DNA from: Ruminococcus sp.
Lineage (GTDB): Bacteria; Bacillota; Clostridia; Oscillospirales; Acutalibacteraceae
Direction of reading: 5' to 3'
Assembly: GCA_045535605.1 (NCBI GenBank)
Contig: JAZSLX010000050.1
Coordinates: 1 to 62,610 of the forward strand
DNA: 62,610 nt
Shown in pieces: positions 29,943 through 38,803 of this stretch. The notes below the pieces were generated by a model. It searched no databases and was not told the DNA's origin. It worked only from the letters and a program-made list of their open reading frames with translations. A program made the position numbers and the translations under genes. Position 1 is the stretch's first letter, and the number at the start of each line of letters is the position of its first letter.

Positions 29943-31127
29943 ATGAACTATACATTTGCTGACAGAATCGACGGTCTGAAGCCCTCTGCAATCAGAGAGA
30001 TTTTTAAGTATGCCGCTGACCCCACAGTTGTTTCCCTCTCAGCAGGCAACCCTGCTCCCGATGCATTCCCCGCAGATGCACTGAGAGAGATTTCCGAAAG
30101 ACTTATGAAAGAAAACCCTGTCCTTGCACTACAGTACGGACTTACAGAGGGCTATGCACCTCTCAGGGAGTCCTTGAAGTCATATATGAAGGATGACTAC
30201 AATATCGGCAGAGATTTTGATGACCTTATCATTACCTCAGGTGCACAGCAGGTAATGGATCTGATGACAAAAGCACTGGTGAACGAGGGTGACGAGGTTG
30301 TGTGTGAATCCCCCTCCTTTATCGGCTCACTCAACACCTTTCGCAGCTATGGCGCAAAGCTCTTAGGTGTGCCTATGGACGAGGACGGAATGAATATGGA
30401 GGCTCTGGAGGAAGTGCTCAGAACTCACGATAAAATCAAGTTTATCTATACAATCCCTACATTCCAGAATCCCTCGGGCATTACAATGAGTATAGAGAAG
30501 AGAAAGCGCCTGTATGAGCTTGCAAAGCAGTACAACGTGCTTGTTCTTGAGGATAACCCCTATGGAGAGCTTAGATACAGAGGTGAAACCCTGCCTACAA
30601 TCAAGTCTATGGACGAGGACGGCATTGTTGTATATGCAGGCTCTTTCTCAAAGGTTATATCCCCCGGTATGCGTGTGGGCTGGTTTGTTGCACCTAAGGA
30701 GATTGCACAGAAGCTCATTGTCTGCAAGCAGGGCAGTGATGTTCACACAAATATGTGGTCACAGGTGCTTTGCCACGAGTTTATGACAAAGTACGACTTC
30801 AAGGGACATCTCCAGTACCTCCGCGAGCTTTACTCAAAAAAGGCTGAGTACACAATGGACCTGCTCCGCGAAAACCTGAAGGGCAAGATTAAATTCGGCG
30901 AGATTGACGGCGGACTCTTTATCTGGTGTACATTGCCTGAAAATGTAGATATGCCACAGTTTGTACTTGATGCAGTAAAGGCGAAGGTTTGTGTAGTACC
31001 CGGTACTGCCTTCCTTACAGACGAGAGTGAAGTGTCCCACGATTTCAGAATCAACTTCTCAACTCCCACTGACGAACAACTCAGAAAGGGCATTGAGATT
31101 CTGGGTACTCTTGCAGAAAAACTTTAA
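29943..31127 (+). CDS. PLP-dependent aminotransferase class I/II (LysN/AvtA-like)
   Basis: FQNPSG, EDNPY, GSFSKVISPGMRVG. Confidence 0.9.
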   Translation: MNYTFADRIDGLKPSAIREIFKYAADPTVVSLSAGNPAPDAFPADALREISERLMKENPVLALQYGLTEGYAPLRESLKSYMKDDYNIGRDFDDLIITSGAQQVMDLMTKALVNEGDEVVCESPSFIGSLNTFRSYGAKLLGVPMDEDGMNMEALEEVLRTHDKIKFIYTIPTFQNPSGITMSIEKRKRLYELAKQYNVLVLEDNPYGELRYRGETLPTIKSMDEDGIVVYAGSFSKVISPGMRVGWFVAPKEIAQKLIVCKQGSDVHTNMWSQVLCHEFMTKYDFKGHLQYLRELYSKKAEYTMDLLRENLKGKIKFGEIDGGLFIWCTLPENVDMPQFVLDAVKAKVCVVPGTAFLTDESEVSHDFRINFSTPTDEQLRKGIEILGTLAEKL

Positions 31128-31157
31128 TAATTAACATCCTCAAAGGAGATATATATT

Positions 31158-32177
31158 ATGGAACAGACAGTAAATCAGGAGAAAAAGAAGATAGTTTACA
31201 GTGCTATTCAGCCCTCAGGTACCATTACTCTGGGCAACTACCTGGGTGCACTGAGAAACTGGGTAATTATGCAGAACGAGGAGGATAAGAAGTGCATTTA
31301 CACTCTGGCAGACCTGCACACAATCACTGTGCGTCAGGAGCCTGCCGCAATGAGAAAGAACGTGCTGGATGCCTATGCTTCAATTCTTGCCTGTGGTATA
31401 GATGCTGAAAAGAGTATTTTCTTCATTCAGAGCCACGTGCCTGCTCACGCACAGATGGCTTGGATTCTCAATTGCTACACACAGTTCGGTGAGCTTTCCC
31501 GTATGACACAGTTCAAGGATAAGTCTGCAAAGCACGCGGACAATATCAACGCAGGTCTCTTTACATATCCTGCACTTATGGCGGCGGATATCCTCCTTTA
31601 TCAGGCAGATTTAGTGCCTGTAGGCGCAGACCAGAAACAGCACCTTGAGCTTGCACGTGATATTGCAGAGCGCTTTAACTTCAGATACTCAAATGTGTTC
31701 ACCGTGCCCGAGGGATTTATTCCCACAAACGGTGCCCGAGTTATGAGCCTGCAGGACCCCACAAGAAAGATGAGCAAGTCCGACGAAAACGTAAATGCCT
31801 GCGTATCACTGCTGGATACTCCCGATGTTATTATGCGTAAGTTCAAGCGCGCTGTTACCGACTCTGAGGCAAGAGTATGTATCGGCGAGGGCAAGGACGG
31901 CGTAAATAACCTTATCGGTATTTACTCTGCAATCACCGGCAGAACTGCTGAGCAGATTACTGCCGAGTTTGAGGGCAGAGGCTACGGCGATTTCAAGGCA
32001 GCCGTTGGCGAAGCTGTAGTTGAGGAGCTTCGTCCTATCCGCGAGGAGTACGAGCGACTCATTGCAGATAAGGCTTACCTTGAGAGTAGCTACCGTGCGG
32101 CTGCAGAGGTTGCAGACAGAATCGCACAGCGCACCCTTGACAAGGCTATGAAGAAGATTGGTTTTATTCACAGATAA
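31158..32177 (+). CDS. trpS: Tryptophan--tRNA ligase
   Basis: QPSG.ITLGNYLGA, VGADQKQH, KMSKS. Confidence 0.96.
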   Translation: MEQTVNQEKKKIVYSAIQPSGTITLGNYLGALRNWVIMQNEEDKKCIYTLADLHTITVRQEPAAMRKNVLDAYASILACGIDAEKSIFFIQSHVPAHAQMAWILNCYTQFGELSRMTQFKDKSAKHADNINAGLFTYPALMAADILLYQADLVPVGADQKQHLELARDIAERFNFRYSNVFTVPEGFIPTNGARVMSLQDPTRKMSKSDENVNACVSLLDTPDVIMRKFKRAVTDSEARVCIGEGKDGVNNLIGIYSAITGRTAEQITAEFEGRGYGDFKAAVGEAVVEELRPIREEYERLIADKAYLESSYRAAAEVADRIAQRTLDKAMKKIGFIHR

Positions 32178-32235
32178 AGAGTGTCCCTCTGCATAAAACG
32201 CAGAGGGGCTTTTTACATGGCAAAACCTTGGACGT

Positions 32236-32293
32236 AAAATTTTCCAAAAAATATCAAAAACAGGTGTGAGGTTTTTCGTAAACCTTGCGTCTA
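32236..32293 (+). promoter_or_regulatory. Possible ECF-type autoregulatory promoter
   Basis: A-tract, then GTGAGGTTTT...CGTCTA (CGTC-type -10) upstream of ECF gene. Confidence 0.35.
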
Positions 32294-32338
32294 AAAGGTG
32301 TAAAAGGGGAAATTTGCTTTCAGAAAGGAGCAATCATC

Positions 32339-32896
32339 ATGGATAACGGTGCAGCTAGCTACCGCCGTTTTCTTGATGGGGATGATAGTGCTTTTGTAGA
32401 ACTCATCAGAGACTACAAAGACGGCCTGATACTCTATCTTTGCGGCGTTACAGGTAATATACATCTGGCAGAGGATTTGACCGAGGACACCTTTGTCAAG
32501 ATAATTACCAGAAAACCAAAATTTGCAGAAAAATCGACCTTTAAGACCTGGCTCTATGCTATTGCAAGGAACGTGGCCTTTGACTACCTGCGTAAAAATA
32601 AGGGTACCCAGCAGGTATCTATAGAGGAACTTCATTCTTTGCAAAGCGACGAGGATTCCCTTGAGAGAGTCTACATAAAGGAAGAGGAGAGGATAGAGCT
32701 TCACAAGGCTATGGAGGCACTTATACCTGACTACAAGCAGGTATTGTGGCTTACATACTTTGAGGAGTTTTCCGCAAAGGAAGTGTCCCGTATTATGCGA
32801 AAATCGGTCCATAGCGTCGAGACGCTCCTGTACAGAGCACGGCGCTCACTAAAAGCAGAGCTTGAAAGGGAAGGTTTTGTCTATGAAGGATTATAA
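32339..32896 (+). CDS. ECF RNA polymerase sigma factor
   Basis: AEDLTEDTF, FKTWLYAIARN, region 4 'SVETLLYRARRSLK'. Confidence 0.93.
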   Translation: MDNGAASYRRFLDGDDSAFVELIRDYKDGLILYLCGVTGNIHLAEDLTEDTFVKIITRKPKFAEKSTFKTWLYAIARNVAFDYLRKNKGTQQVSIEELHSLQSDEDSLERVYIKEEERIELHKAMEALIPDYKQVLWLTYFEEFSAKEVSRIMRKSVHSVETLLYRARRSLKAELEREGFVYEGL

Positions 32897-34709
32897 TGAA
32901 ATGGCAGACTCTGTCTTTCGCCGAAGAGACGAGTTTGTGGCAGCACGAAAAAAACGCAATGGAATATTGCTTAAAGCAGGCACATCTGTATGTGCACTGC
33001 TTCTTGTAGCAGTTGTAGGTGTAAGTGTGTGGAGAGTACTCCCGAGTGTTCCCTTGGTAAAACCTACAGAGCCTACATCGACTGTATTGGCTGACACAAC
33101 AGAAGATACAGCTCAGGCACAGGAAAAAGAAACAACAGTTTTACAGGCTGATTTGATTGAAACACCTGATAAAACAGAGGGTAAAGAGGATAATACCAAG
33201 GCAGAGACTCCGCAGGAAAAGGAGACAAAGCCACAGGCAACAAAGAAGCCTGCAGGAAATGATGACAAACCCCAGACAGGAGAAACCCTGCCTCCCGACC
33301 CCACTGAGCCTAAGGGGGATAAACCGGCAACAGAGGGTACACCTGACCCCACAGCGGCAACAGACGAAAGCCCTGACCCTACAGAGGCACCTACAAATAT
33401 AGCTCCTCCTGCTGATGCTCCCCAGGCACCCGGCGCGGATTCTGTCAAGCCCACACTCCCTGTCTGGACACCGGAATCCGCCGAAACACCTCCCACAGAT
33501 GAGTGGGAAGTACCCGAGGTAACCTATTCTCCTATGGTGCCTGTGCCTACAACAGAATCCTGCTGTACAACTACAGCCTGCACAGATGAGCCCACCGAGC
33601 CTACTATGGGAGGTTTAGAGTCTATACTGCCCACTGTTCCCGACGAGCCTGCCACAGGACCTCTCTTTATAGAGTGCGACGGCAAAACCTATGAGGCACA
33701 GGTTGGTGATATGGTAACTCTCACCGTAGAGCTTCAGGCTGATAAACCTGTAAAGACAGCTTATGTCGGTGCAAAGTATGACTATTACTACGGCAGACTT
33801 GAGGTTGTAAACCTTGAGGACCTTGGATTCAGCAAAAAACAGCTTCGTGATGCACATGTCCCGAATCTTGGGGATGTGATTTCCCTTATCAACTATGATT
33901 CGGGAAGTTACGGCAGATACAGAGCTGTCATGGTGGATTTCTCGGTTGCTGAGGAGGAATATGCACCTGATTTTACTGAGGAAAAAGTGTTCCTTACTTT
34001 CTCCTTTATGGTTAAGAAGCCCGGCAACACAAGCATAGAGCTTATTACACATACCATCAACGGTATAGGCGGGGTGAAGTATTACAATGATAATGTTCAG
34101 GTAAACGAGGGTGCAGACTTATCTGCAACACTTGATGTTATTCCCGCAGAGCAGGTTGTGCTTCCCGCTCCTCCTGAGGAAGAAACCCAGCCCAGGGAAG
34201 AAATTGATTTTACATTTCCTGATGAGAGCACAGACGGCGACCTTGTTATTAATTGCGAGGGCAGAACTTACAGTGCAAATGTGGGCGATACTGTGACCTT
34301 CATAACGGAAATGCAGGCGGATAAACTCTTTGAAAATATTCATATAGTGCTTGATTATCCTGAAGAATACCTGAGGCTGAATGTCCCTGAGAAAGCAAGG
34401 CAGGCATTCCCCAATATGCACGGGGTGACCACAAACTTTCTGGGGTATAAGGATGCCGTTACAGGCGAAGTTATAAACCCTGCGGTGATAATGGTAGCAG
34501 TCGATATTTACGGCTATGACTTTACAAGCCGACAGGTGCTTGCAAAGCTTGAGTTTGAGGTTATCAAGGCAGGAGAAATCGACCTTGACCTGCATTTTGA
34601 AGATATGGCCAAGTGTTCTGAGGGGACTAAAACAGATCCCTACTTTGAGCTTGGTGTGCAGAAGTCTTTTGACGACATTACGATTTCCGAATATGTCCTT
34701 GTAAATTAA
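32883..34709 (+). CDS. Putative anti-sigma factor: short cytoplasmic N-terminus, TM, P/T/E linker, two cohesin-like domains
   Basis: Overlaps sigma stop by 14 nt; internal duplication FIECDGKTYEAQVGDMVTLTVELQADK / VINCEGRTYSANVGDTVTFITEMQADK. Confidence 0.7.
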   Translation: MKDYNEMADSVFRRRDEFVAARKKRNGILLKAGTSVCALLLVAVVGVSVWRVLPSVPLVKPTEPTSTVLADTTEDTAQAQEKETTVLQADLIETPDKTEGKEDNTKAETPQEKETKPQATKKPAGNDDKPQTGETLPPDPTEPKGDKPATEGTPDPTAATDESPDPTEAPTNIAPPADAPQAPGADSVKPTLPVWTPESAETPPTDEWEVPEVTYSPMVPVPTTESCCTTTACTDEPTEPTMGGLESILPTVPDEPATGPLFIECDGKTYEAQVGDMVTLTVELQADKPVKTAYVGAKYDYYYGRLEVVNLEDLGFSKKQLRDAHVPNLGDVISLINYDSGSYGRYRAVMVDFSVAEEEYAPDFTEEKVFLTFSFMVKKPGNTSIELITHTINGIGGVKYYNDNVQVNEGADLSATLDVIPAEQVVLPAPPEEETQPREEIDFTFPDESTDGDLVINCEGRTYSANVGDTVTFITEMQADKLFENIHIVLDYPEEYLRLNVPEKARQAFPNMHGVTTNFLGYKDAVTGEVINPAVIMVAVDIYGYDFTSRQVLAKLEFEVIKAGEIDLDLHFEDMAKCSEGTKTDPYFELGVQKSFDDITISEYVLVN

Positions 34710-34740
34710 ACCTTAAAATCAAAAGATAAAGTGCCATACA

Positions 34741-34779
34741 AAAGGGGTGCAGGATTCATTGGTATCCCGCACCCCTTTT
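34741..34779 (+). terminator. Terminator of sigma/anti-sigma operon
   Basis: AAAGGGGTGC...GCACCCCTTTT hairpin. Confidence 0.75.
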
Positions 34780-34809
34780 GAGATGAAAAAGTAAAAGGAA
34801 GATTTATAT

Positions 34810-34878
34810 ATGACCGTGTTGTATATCGCTGCAATTCAGAAGTGTGTTGCAGGAATAAAAGATAATACCGCAAGTTGA
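34810..34878 (+). other. 22-codon mini-ORF resembling a single dockerin helix (remnant or small peptide)
   Basis: MTVLYIAAIQKCVAGIKDNTAS versus DIKDATAIQKCVAEL in the 42900 protein. Confidence 0.4.
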
Positions 34879-34975
34879 GTATAAAGATTTCCCCTCGAAA
34901 ACGGGCAGGTACACTCAGTGTATCTGCCCGTTTTCCCGTTTACCGCATAAGCGGTTAATATTTTGTTTTGGTTTA

Positions 34976-35356
34976 TCAGATTTCTGTCTTCCACAGTCCG
35001 TGGAGGTTGCAGTATTCATATACTGCCAAGGGCTTCTCGTCACTGAGTGCAAATGTAGCCTTGGGCTCTTCGCCTGCACTGAGATATTTAATCTGACCGC
35101 CCTTGTCTGTCAGCAGGTATATCCACTGGATGTAGTGCTCTTCTACCATAGGATGTAATACAGAGCCTACCTTAACAACTACTGTGTTGCCGTCTACATT
35201 TACAACAGGAACGTGCTTTTCAAGGCTTGCGTCAACGGTACCGGGGATGAGCTCTGTCATCTTCTGTCCGCAACAGAACACAGGCACCTTTTTATCCAGA
35301 ATTTTTGTAACAATGTTACCGCAATGCTCGCAGATATAAAATTTAACTTCTTTCAT
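34976..35356 (-). CDS. Desulfoferrodoxin / superoxide reductase
   Basis: CEHCGN..CCG, EKHVP, HPM..EHYI, CNLHG. Confidence 0.93.
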   Translation of the reverse strand: MKEVKFYICEHCGNIVTKILDKKVPVFCCGQKMTELIPGTVDASLEKHVPVVNVDGNTVVVKVGSVLHPMVEEHYIQWIYLLTDKGGQIKYLSAGEEPKATFALSDEKPLAVYEYCNLHGLWKTEI

Positions 35357-35397
35357 AATAGTTACCTCCGTATATATTTTGCTGTGTGATTTATTGA

Positions 35398-37191
35398 TTA
35401 TTCCTTGATTTCTTCAAAATCTGAAGCTCCGTGCTTACACAGAGGACAGATGAAGTCCTCGGGCAGGGGATGTCCCTCGTAAATGTATCCGCAGATTTTG
35501 CATACATAGCCCTTCTTGCCCTCGGTCTCAGGCTTGGGCTTTACATTTTCGTGATAGTAACTGTAGGTCATGGTCTCTTTGTCTGAGAGGACTCTTGCCT
35601 CTGTAATCTCACAGATGAACATTCCGTGAGTATCAAGGTCTACGTATTGCTCAACCTTTAAGGACATAAAGGAATTGATGTATCTGGGCAGGAACACAAG
35701 ACCGTTGTCAGACCTCAGCGGCTCACAGTTTGCAAATTTATCTGTGTTTCTTCCGCTTGTGAAGCCGAAGACTTCAAAAACAGAGAAAGGTGCCTCCGTA
35801 GTCAGACAGTTTACATTCATTATGCCTGTCTGCTTGATAATATGGTGAGAGTAGTTTTCTTTGTTGATTGTAACAGCAATCTTGTTGGGTGTGTTTGTAA
35901 CCTGAGTAACAGTGTTTACAATGAGGCCGTTGTCCTTTTTGCCGTCGTTTGTAGTGACAACATACAGACCGTAGCCAATGTTAAAGAGTGCACTTAAATC
36001 ATTCTTGTTTGCAGTGTCTGAGTTCTGTGCAAGGTAGTCTTTGCACAGCTCCTCGGAAAGTGCCTCAAGCTGAGCAGAGCTGTCCTCGTTCAGTGCTGAG
36101 CGGATAGAAACGGTTGTATCTGTAAAGGTCAGGTTTTTGCTGCCCTCAAGCATTTTTCTCATAACCTTTGCCGCCATAGGTGCCCAGCTGCCGTTTTCGA
36201 TAAGAGCAACTGTTCTTCCCTGGAAGTTACGCTCTGTCAGGTGGTTTATAAACTCCCTCATAAAGGGGAAGATTTCTGAGTTGTAGGTTGTAGTGGCAAG
36301 TACGAGCTTTGAGTAGCGGAAAGCGTCCTCAACAGCCTCTGCCATATCGCAACGCGCAAGGTCGTTTACTACAACCTTGGGGCAACCCTTGGCGCGGAGC
36401 TTCTCTGCAAGCTGATTTACTGCCTTCTTTGTGTTGCCGTATACAGAGGTGTAGGCAATCATAATGCCCTCTTCCTCAGGTCTGTAGCTTGACCAGATGT
36501 CGTAGAGGTTGATGTAATAACCGAGGTTATCTGTTAGCACAGGACCATGGAGTGGAGCAATTATCTCGATGTCAAGGTTTGCGGCTTTTTTCAGCAGATT
36601 CTGCACCTGAACGCCGTATTTGCCCACAATGCCGATGTAGTAACGTCTTGCCTCGCAAGCCCAATCCTCTTCTACATCAAGAGCACCGAATTTACCAAAG
36701 CCGACAGCAGAGAAGAGCACCTTATCAGTGCTGTCATAGGTAACAATTACCTCAGGCCAGTGTACCATGGGAGCTGTTACAAAATTGAGGGTGTGTGTGC
36801 CGAGGCTGAGGGTATCTCCTTCACCTACAACAATGCGTCTGTCCTCGTACTCTGTGCCGAAGAAGTTCTTCATCATCTGGAATGCTTTCTGAGAAGAAAC
36901 AATCACAGCATCAGGATATGCCTTGAGGAAGGTTGCAATGTTTGCAGAATGGTCAGGCTCCATGTGCTGGACAACAAGGTAGTCAGGGTTTCTGCCCTCA
37001 AGAACGCTTTGGATATTATCAAGCCACTCGTGAGTGAAGCCTGCGTCCACAGTGTCCATAATTGCGATTTTTTCATCAATGATTGCATAGGAGTTGTACG
37101 CCATACCATTGGGAACGATGTACTGACCTTCAAACAAATCAATCTTGTGGTCGTTGACTCCGATGTATCTGATGTCTTTTGTTATATTCAT
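35398..37191 (-). CDS. Flavodiiron protein (FprA core + flavin reductase + rubredoxin)
   Basis: HMEPDH, MVHWPE, APLHG, flavodoxin SVYGNT, flavin-reductase domain, CKICG..CPLC. Confidence 0.9.
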   Translation of the reverse strand: MNITKDIRYIGVNDHKIDLFEGQYIVPNGMAYNSYAIIDEKIAIMDTVDAGFTHEWLDNIQSVLEGRNPDYLVVQHMEPDHSANIATFLKAYPDAVIVSSQKAFQMMKNFFGTEYEDRRIVVGEGDTLSLGTHTLNFVTAPMVHWPEVIVTYDSTDKVLFSAVGFGKFGALDVEEDWACEARRYYIGIVGKYGVQVQNLLKKAANLDIEIIAPLHGPVLTDNLGYYINLYDIWSSYRPEEEGIMIAYTSVYGNTKKAVNQLAEKLRAKGCPKVVVNDLARCDMAEAVEDAFRYSKLVLATTTYNSEIFPFMREFINHLTERNFQGRTVALIENGSWAPMAAKVMRKMLEGSKNLTFTDTTVSIRSALNEDSSAQLEALSEELCKDYLAQNSDTANKNDLSALFNIGYGLYVVTTNDGKKDNGLIVNTVTQVTNTPNKIAVTINKENYSHHIIKQTGIMNVNCLTTEAPFSVFEVFGFTSGRNTDKFANCEPLRSDNGLVFLPRYINSFMSLKVEQYVDLDTHGMFICEITEARVLSDKETMTYSYYHENVKPKPETEGKKGYVCKICGYIYEGHPLPEDFICPLCKHGASDFEEIKE

Positions 37192-37261
37192 AGTAAACAC
37201 CTCTTGTATGTTTTTCTTTTATTATATCACAAATTCTGTGCTTTCAAATATATTTAAAAAA

Positions 37262-37957
37262 TTATTCTAAGATTTTTCCGTCGGTGGTGATTGTCACAAC
37301 CTGCCAGGGGATGAACTTTCCGCTTGCTTGCAGTGCACGTTTCACTGCAATTTCAAGCCCTGAGCAACAGGGGACCTCCATACGGACAATCTTTACACTT
37401 TTAATATTGTTGTTTGAAATTATCTGTGTGAGCTTTTCTGTATAGTCACCATTATCAAGCTTGGGACAGCCGATAAGGGTTATGTGGTTGCGGATAAAGT
37501 CCCGGTGAAAATTTCCATAGGCATAGGCTGTGCAGTCTGCGGCAATGAGCAGATTTGCGTTTTCAAAGTAAGGCGCATTTACAGGCACAAGCTTTATCTG
37601 GCAGGGCCACTGGGACAGAAAGCTGGGAGTGTCGGTACATCTTGCAGAGACAGTAGGCTCACGCTTGATGGCGCGGCTTTTGGTACCGGGGCAACCGCAG
37701 GGGAGTTTTGTCTGCTCCTTTTTTGCCTTTGCTTTTTTCACTGCTTCTTCGTTGTAGGCAGGAGCTTCTCTTTCCTCAAAGGAGATTGCGTCCATAGGAC
37801 AAGCAGGCAGGCAATCGCCCAAGCCGTCGCAGTAGTCCTCACGGGTAAGCTTTGCTTTACCGTTTATCATTTCAATTGCACCCTCGTGGCAGGCAGTGGC
37901 GCAGGCACCGCAGCCGTTGCATCGTTCTTCGTCTATCTTAATTATTTTTCTCAGCAT
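37262..37957 (-). CDS. 4Fe-4S ferredoxin-domain protein
   Basis: CNGCGACATAC, CDGLGDCLPACP, QWPCQIKL, CPKLD, MEVPCC. Confidence 0.88.
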   Translation of the reverse strand: MLRKIIKIDEERCNGCGACATACHEGAIEMINGKAKLTREDYCDGLGDCLPACPMDAISFEEREAPAYNEEAVKKAKAKKEQTKLPCGCPGTKSRAIKREPTVSARCTDTPSFLSQWPCQIKLVPVNAPYFENANLLIAADCTAYAYGNFHRDFIRNHITLIGCPKLDNGDYTEKLTQIISNNNIKSVKIVRMEVPCCSGLEIAVKRALQASGKFIPWQVVTITTDGKILE

Positions 37958-38013
37958 TTTCGGAACCTCCTTGATTTTCTGGCTTTATTATAATATAATG
38001 AATTTAATAAAGA

Positions 38014-38029
38014 TGTTGAATTTTCAACA
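38014..38029. promoter_or_regulatory. Palindromic operator, candidate site for adjacent Crp/Fnr regulator
   Basis: TGTTGAA-TT-TTCAACA in the 84-nt divergent intergenic region. Confidence 0.6.
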
Positions 38030-38041
38030 AAAGGTGATACT

Positions 38042-38701
38042 ATGGAAAAATATTTTGATGTTCTGAGAAAATGCCCCCTCTTTATGGGAATTGCCGACGA
38101 GCATATTTTTAAAATGCTTAAGTGTCTGGGAGCGGTCAAAGAGACCTTTGACAAAAAATACACCATCATCGCAGAGGGGAATCCTGCGAAGTTTATTGGA
38201 ATTATGCTGTCGGGCTCCGCACAGATAGAGCAGGTTGACTACTACGGCAACAGGACAATTGTAGGCAGGGTTGAGCCGTCCGGGCTTTTCGCTGAGGAGT
38301 TTGCCTGTGCAGAATCTCAGGCGGTGCCTGTGTCGGTTATTGCCAGTGACCCCTGCGAGGTTTTTCTGATAGATTGCTCTCATATTCTTCACACCTGCCA
38401 CAATAACTGCGGTTTCCATCAGCAGATGATTTTCAACCTGATGAAGAATATGGCGACAAAAAATATTGTTTATCATCAGAAAATAGAGATTACCTCAAAG
38501 CGCTCCACAAGAGAAAAACTTATGGCGTACCTTATGTTCTGCGTAAAGGAGACAGGAAGCAACAGCTTTACCATCCCTTATGACAGACAGGAGCTGGCGG
38601 ATTTTCTGGAGGTAGACCGAAGCGGTCTGTCTGCAGAGATAAGCAAGCTTAGAAAAGAGGGAGTTCTGACGAGCACCAAAAATCACTTTGAGTTACTATA
38701 A
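38042..38701 (+). CDS. Crp/Fnr family transcriptional regulator
   Basis: cNMP-binding-like domain; C-terminal HTH 'RQELADFLEVDRSGLSAEISKL'. Confidence 0.9.
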   Translation: MEKYFDVLRKCPLFMGIADEHIFKMLKCLGAVKETFDKKYTIIAEGNPAKFIGIMLSGSAQIEQVDYYGNRTIVGRVEPSGLFAEEFACAESQAVPVSVIASDPCEVFLIDCSHILHTCHNNCGFHQQMIFNLMKNMATKNIVYHQKIEITSKRSTREKLMAYLMFCVKETGSNSFTIPYDRQELADFLEVDRSGLSAEISKLRKEGVLTSTKNHFELL

Positions 38702-38803
38702 GAAAATGCACCGCTTATAATTGAGCGGTGCTTTTATATTGCCTTGCTTTCGGGATAAGCCGATACTTTATTGCACAGAATACCTATAAAAAGGTGTGAG
38801 AAT

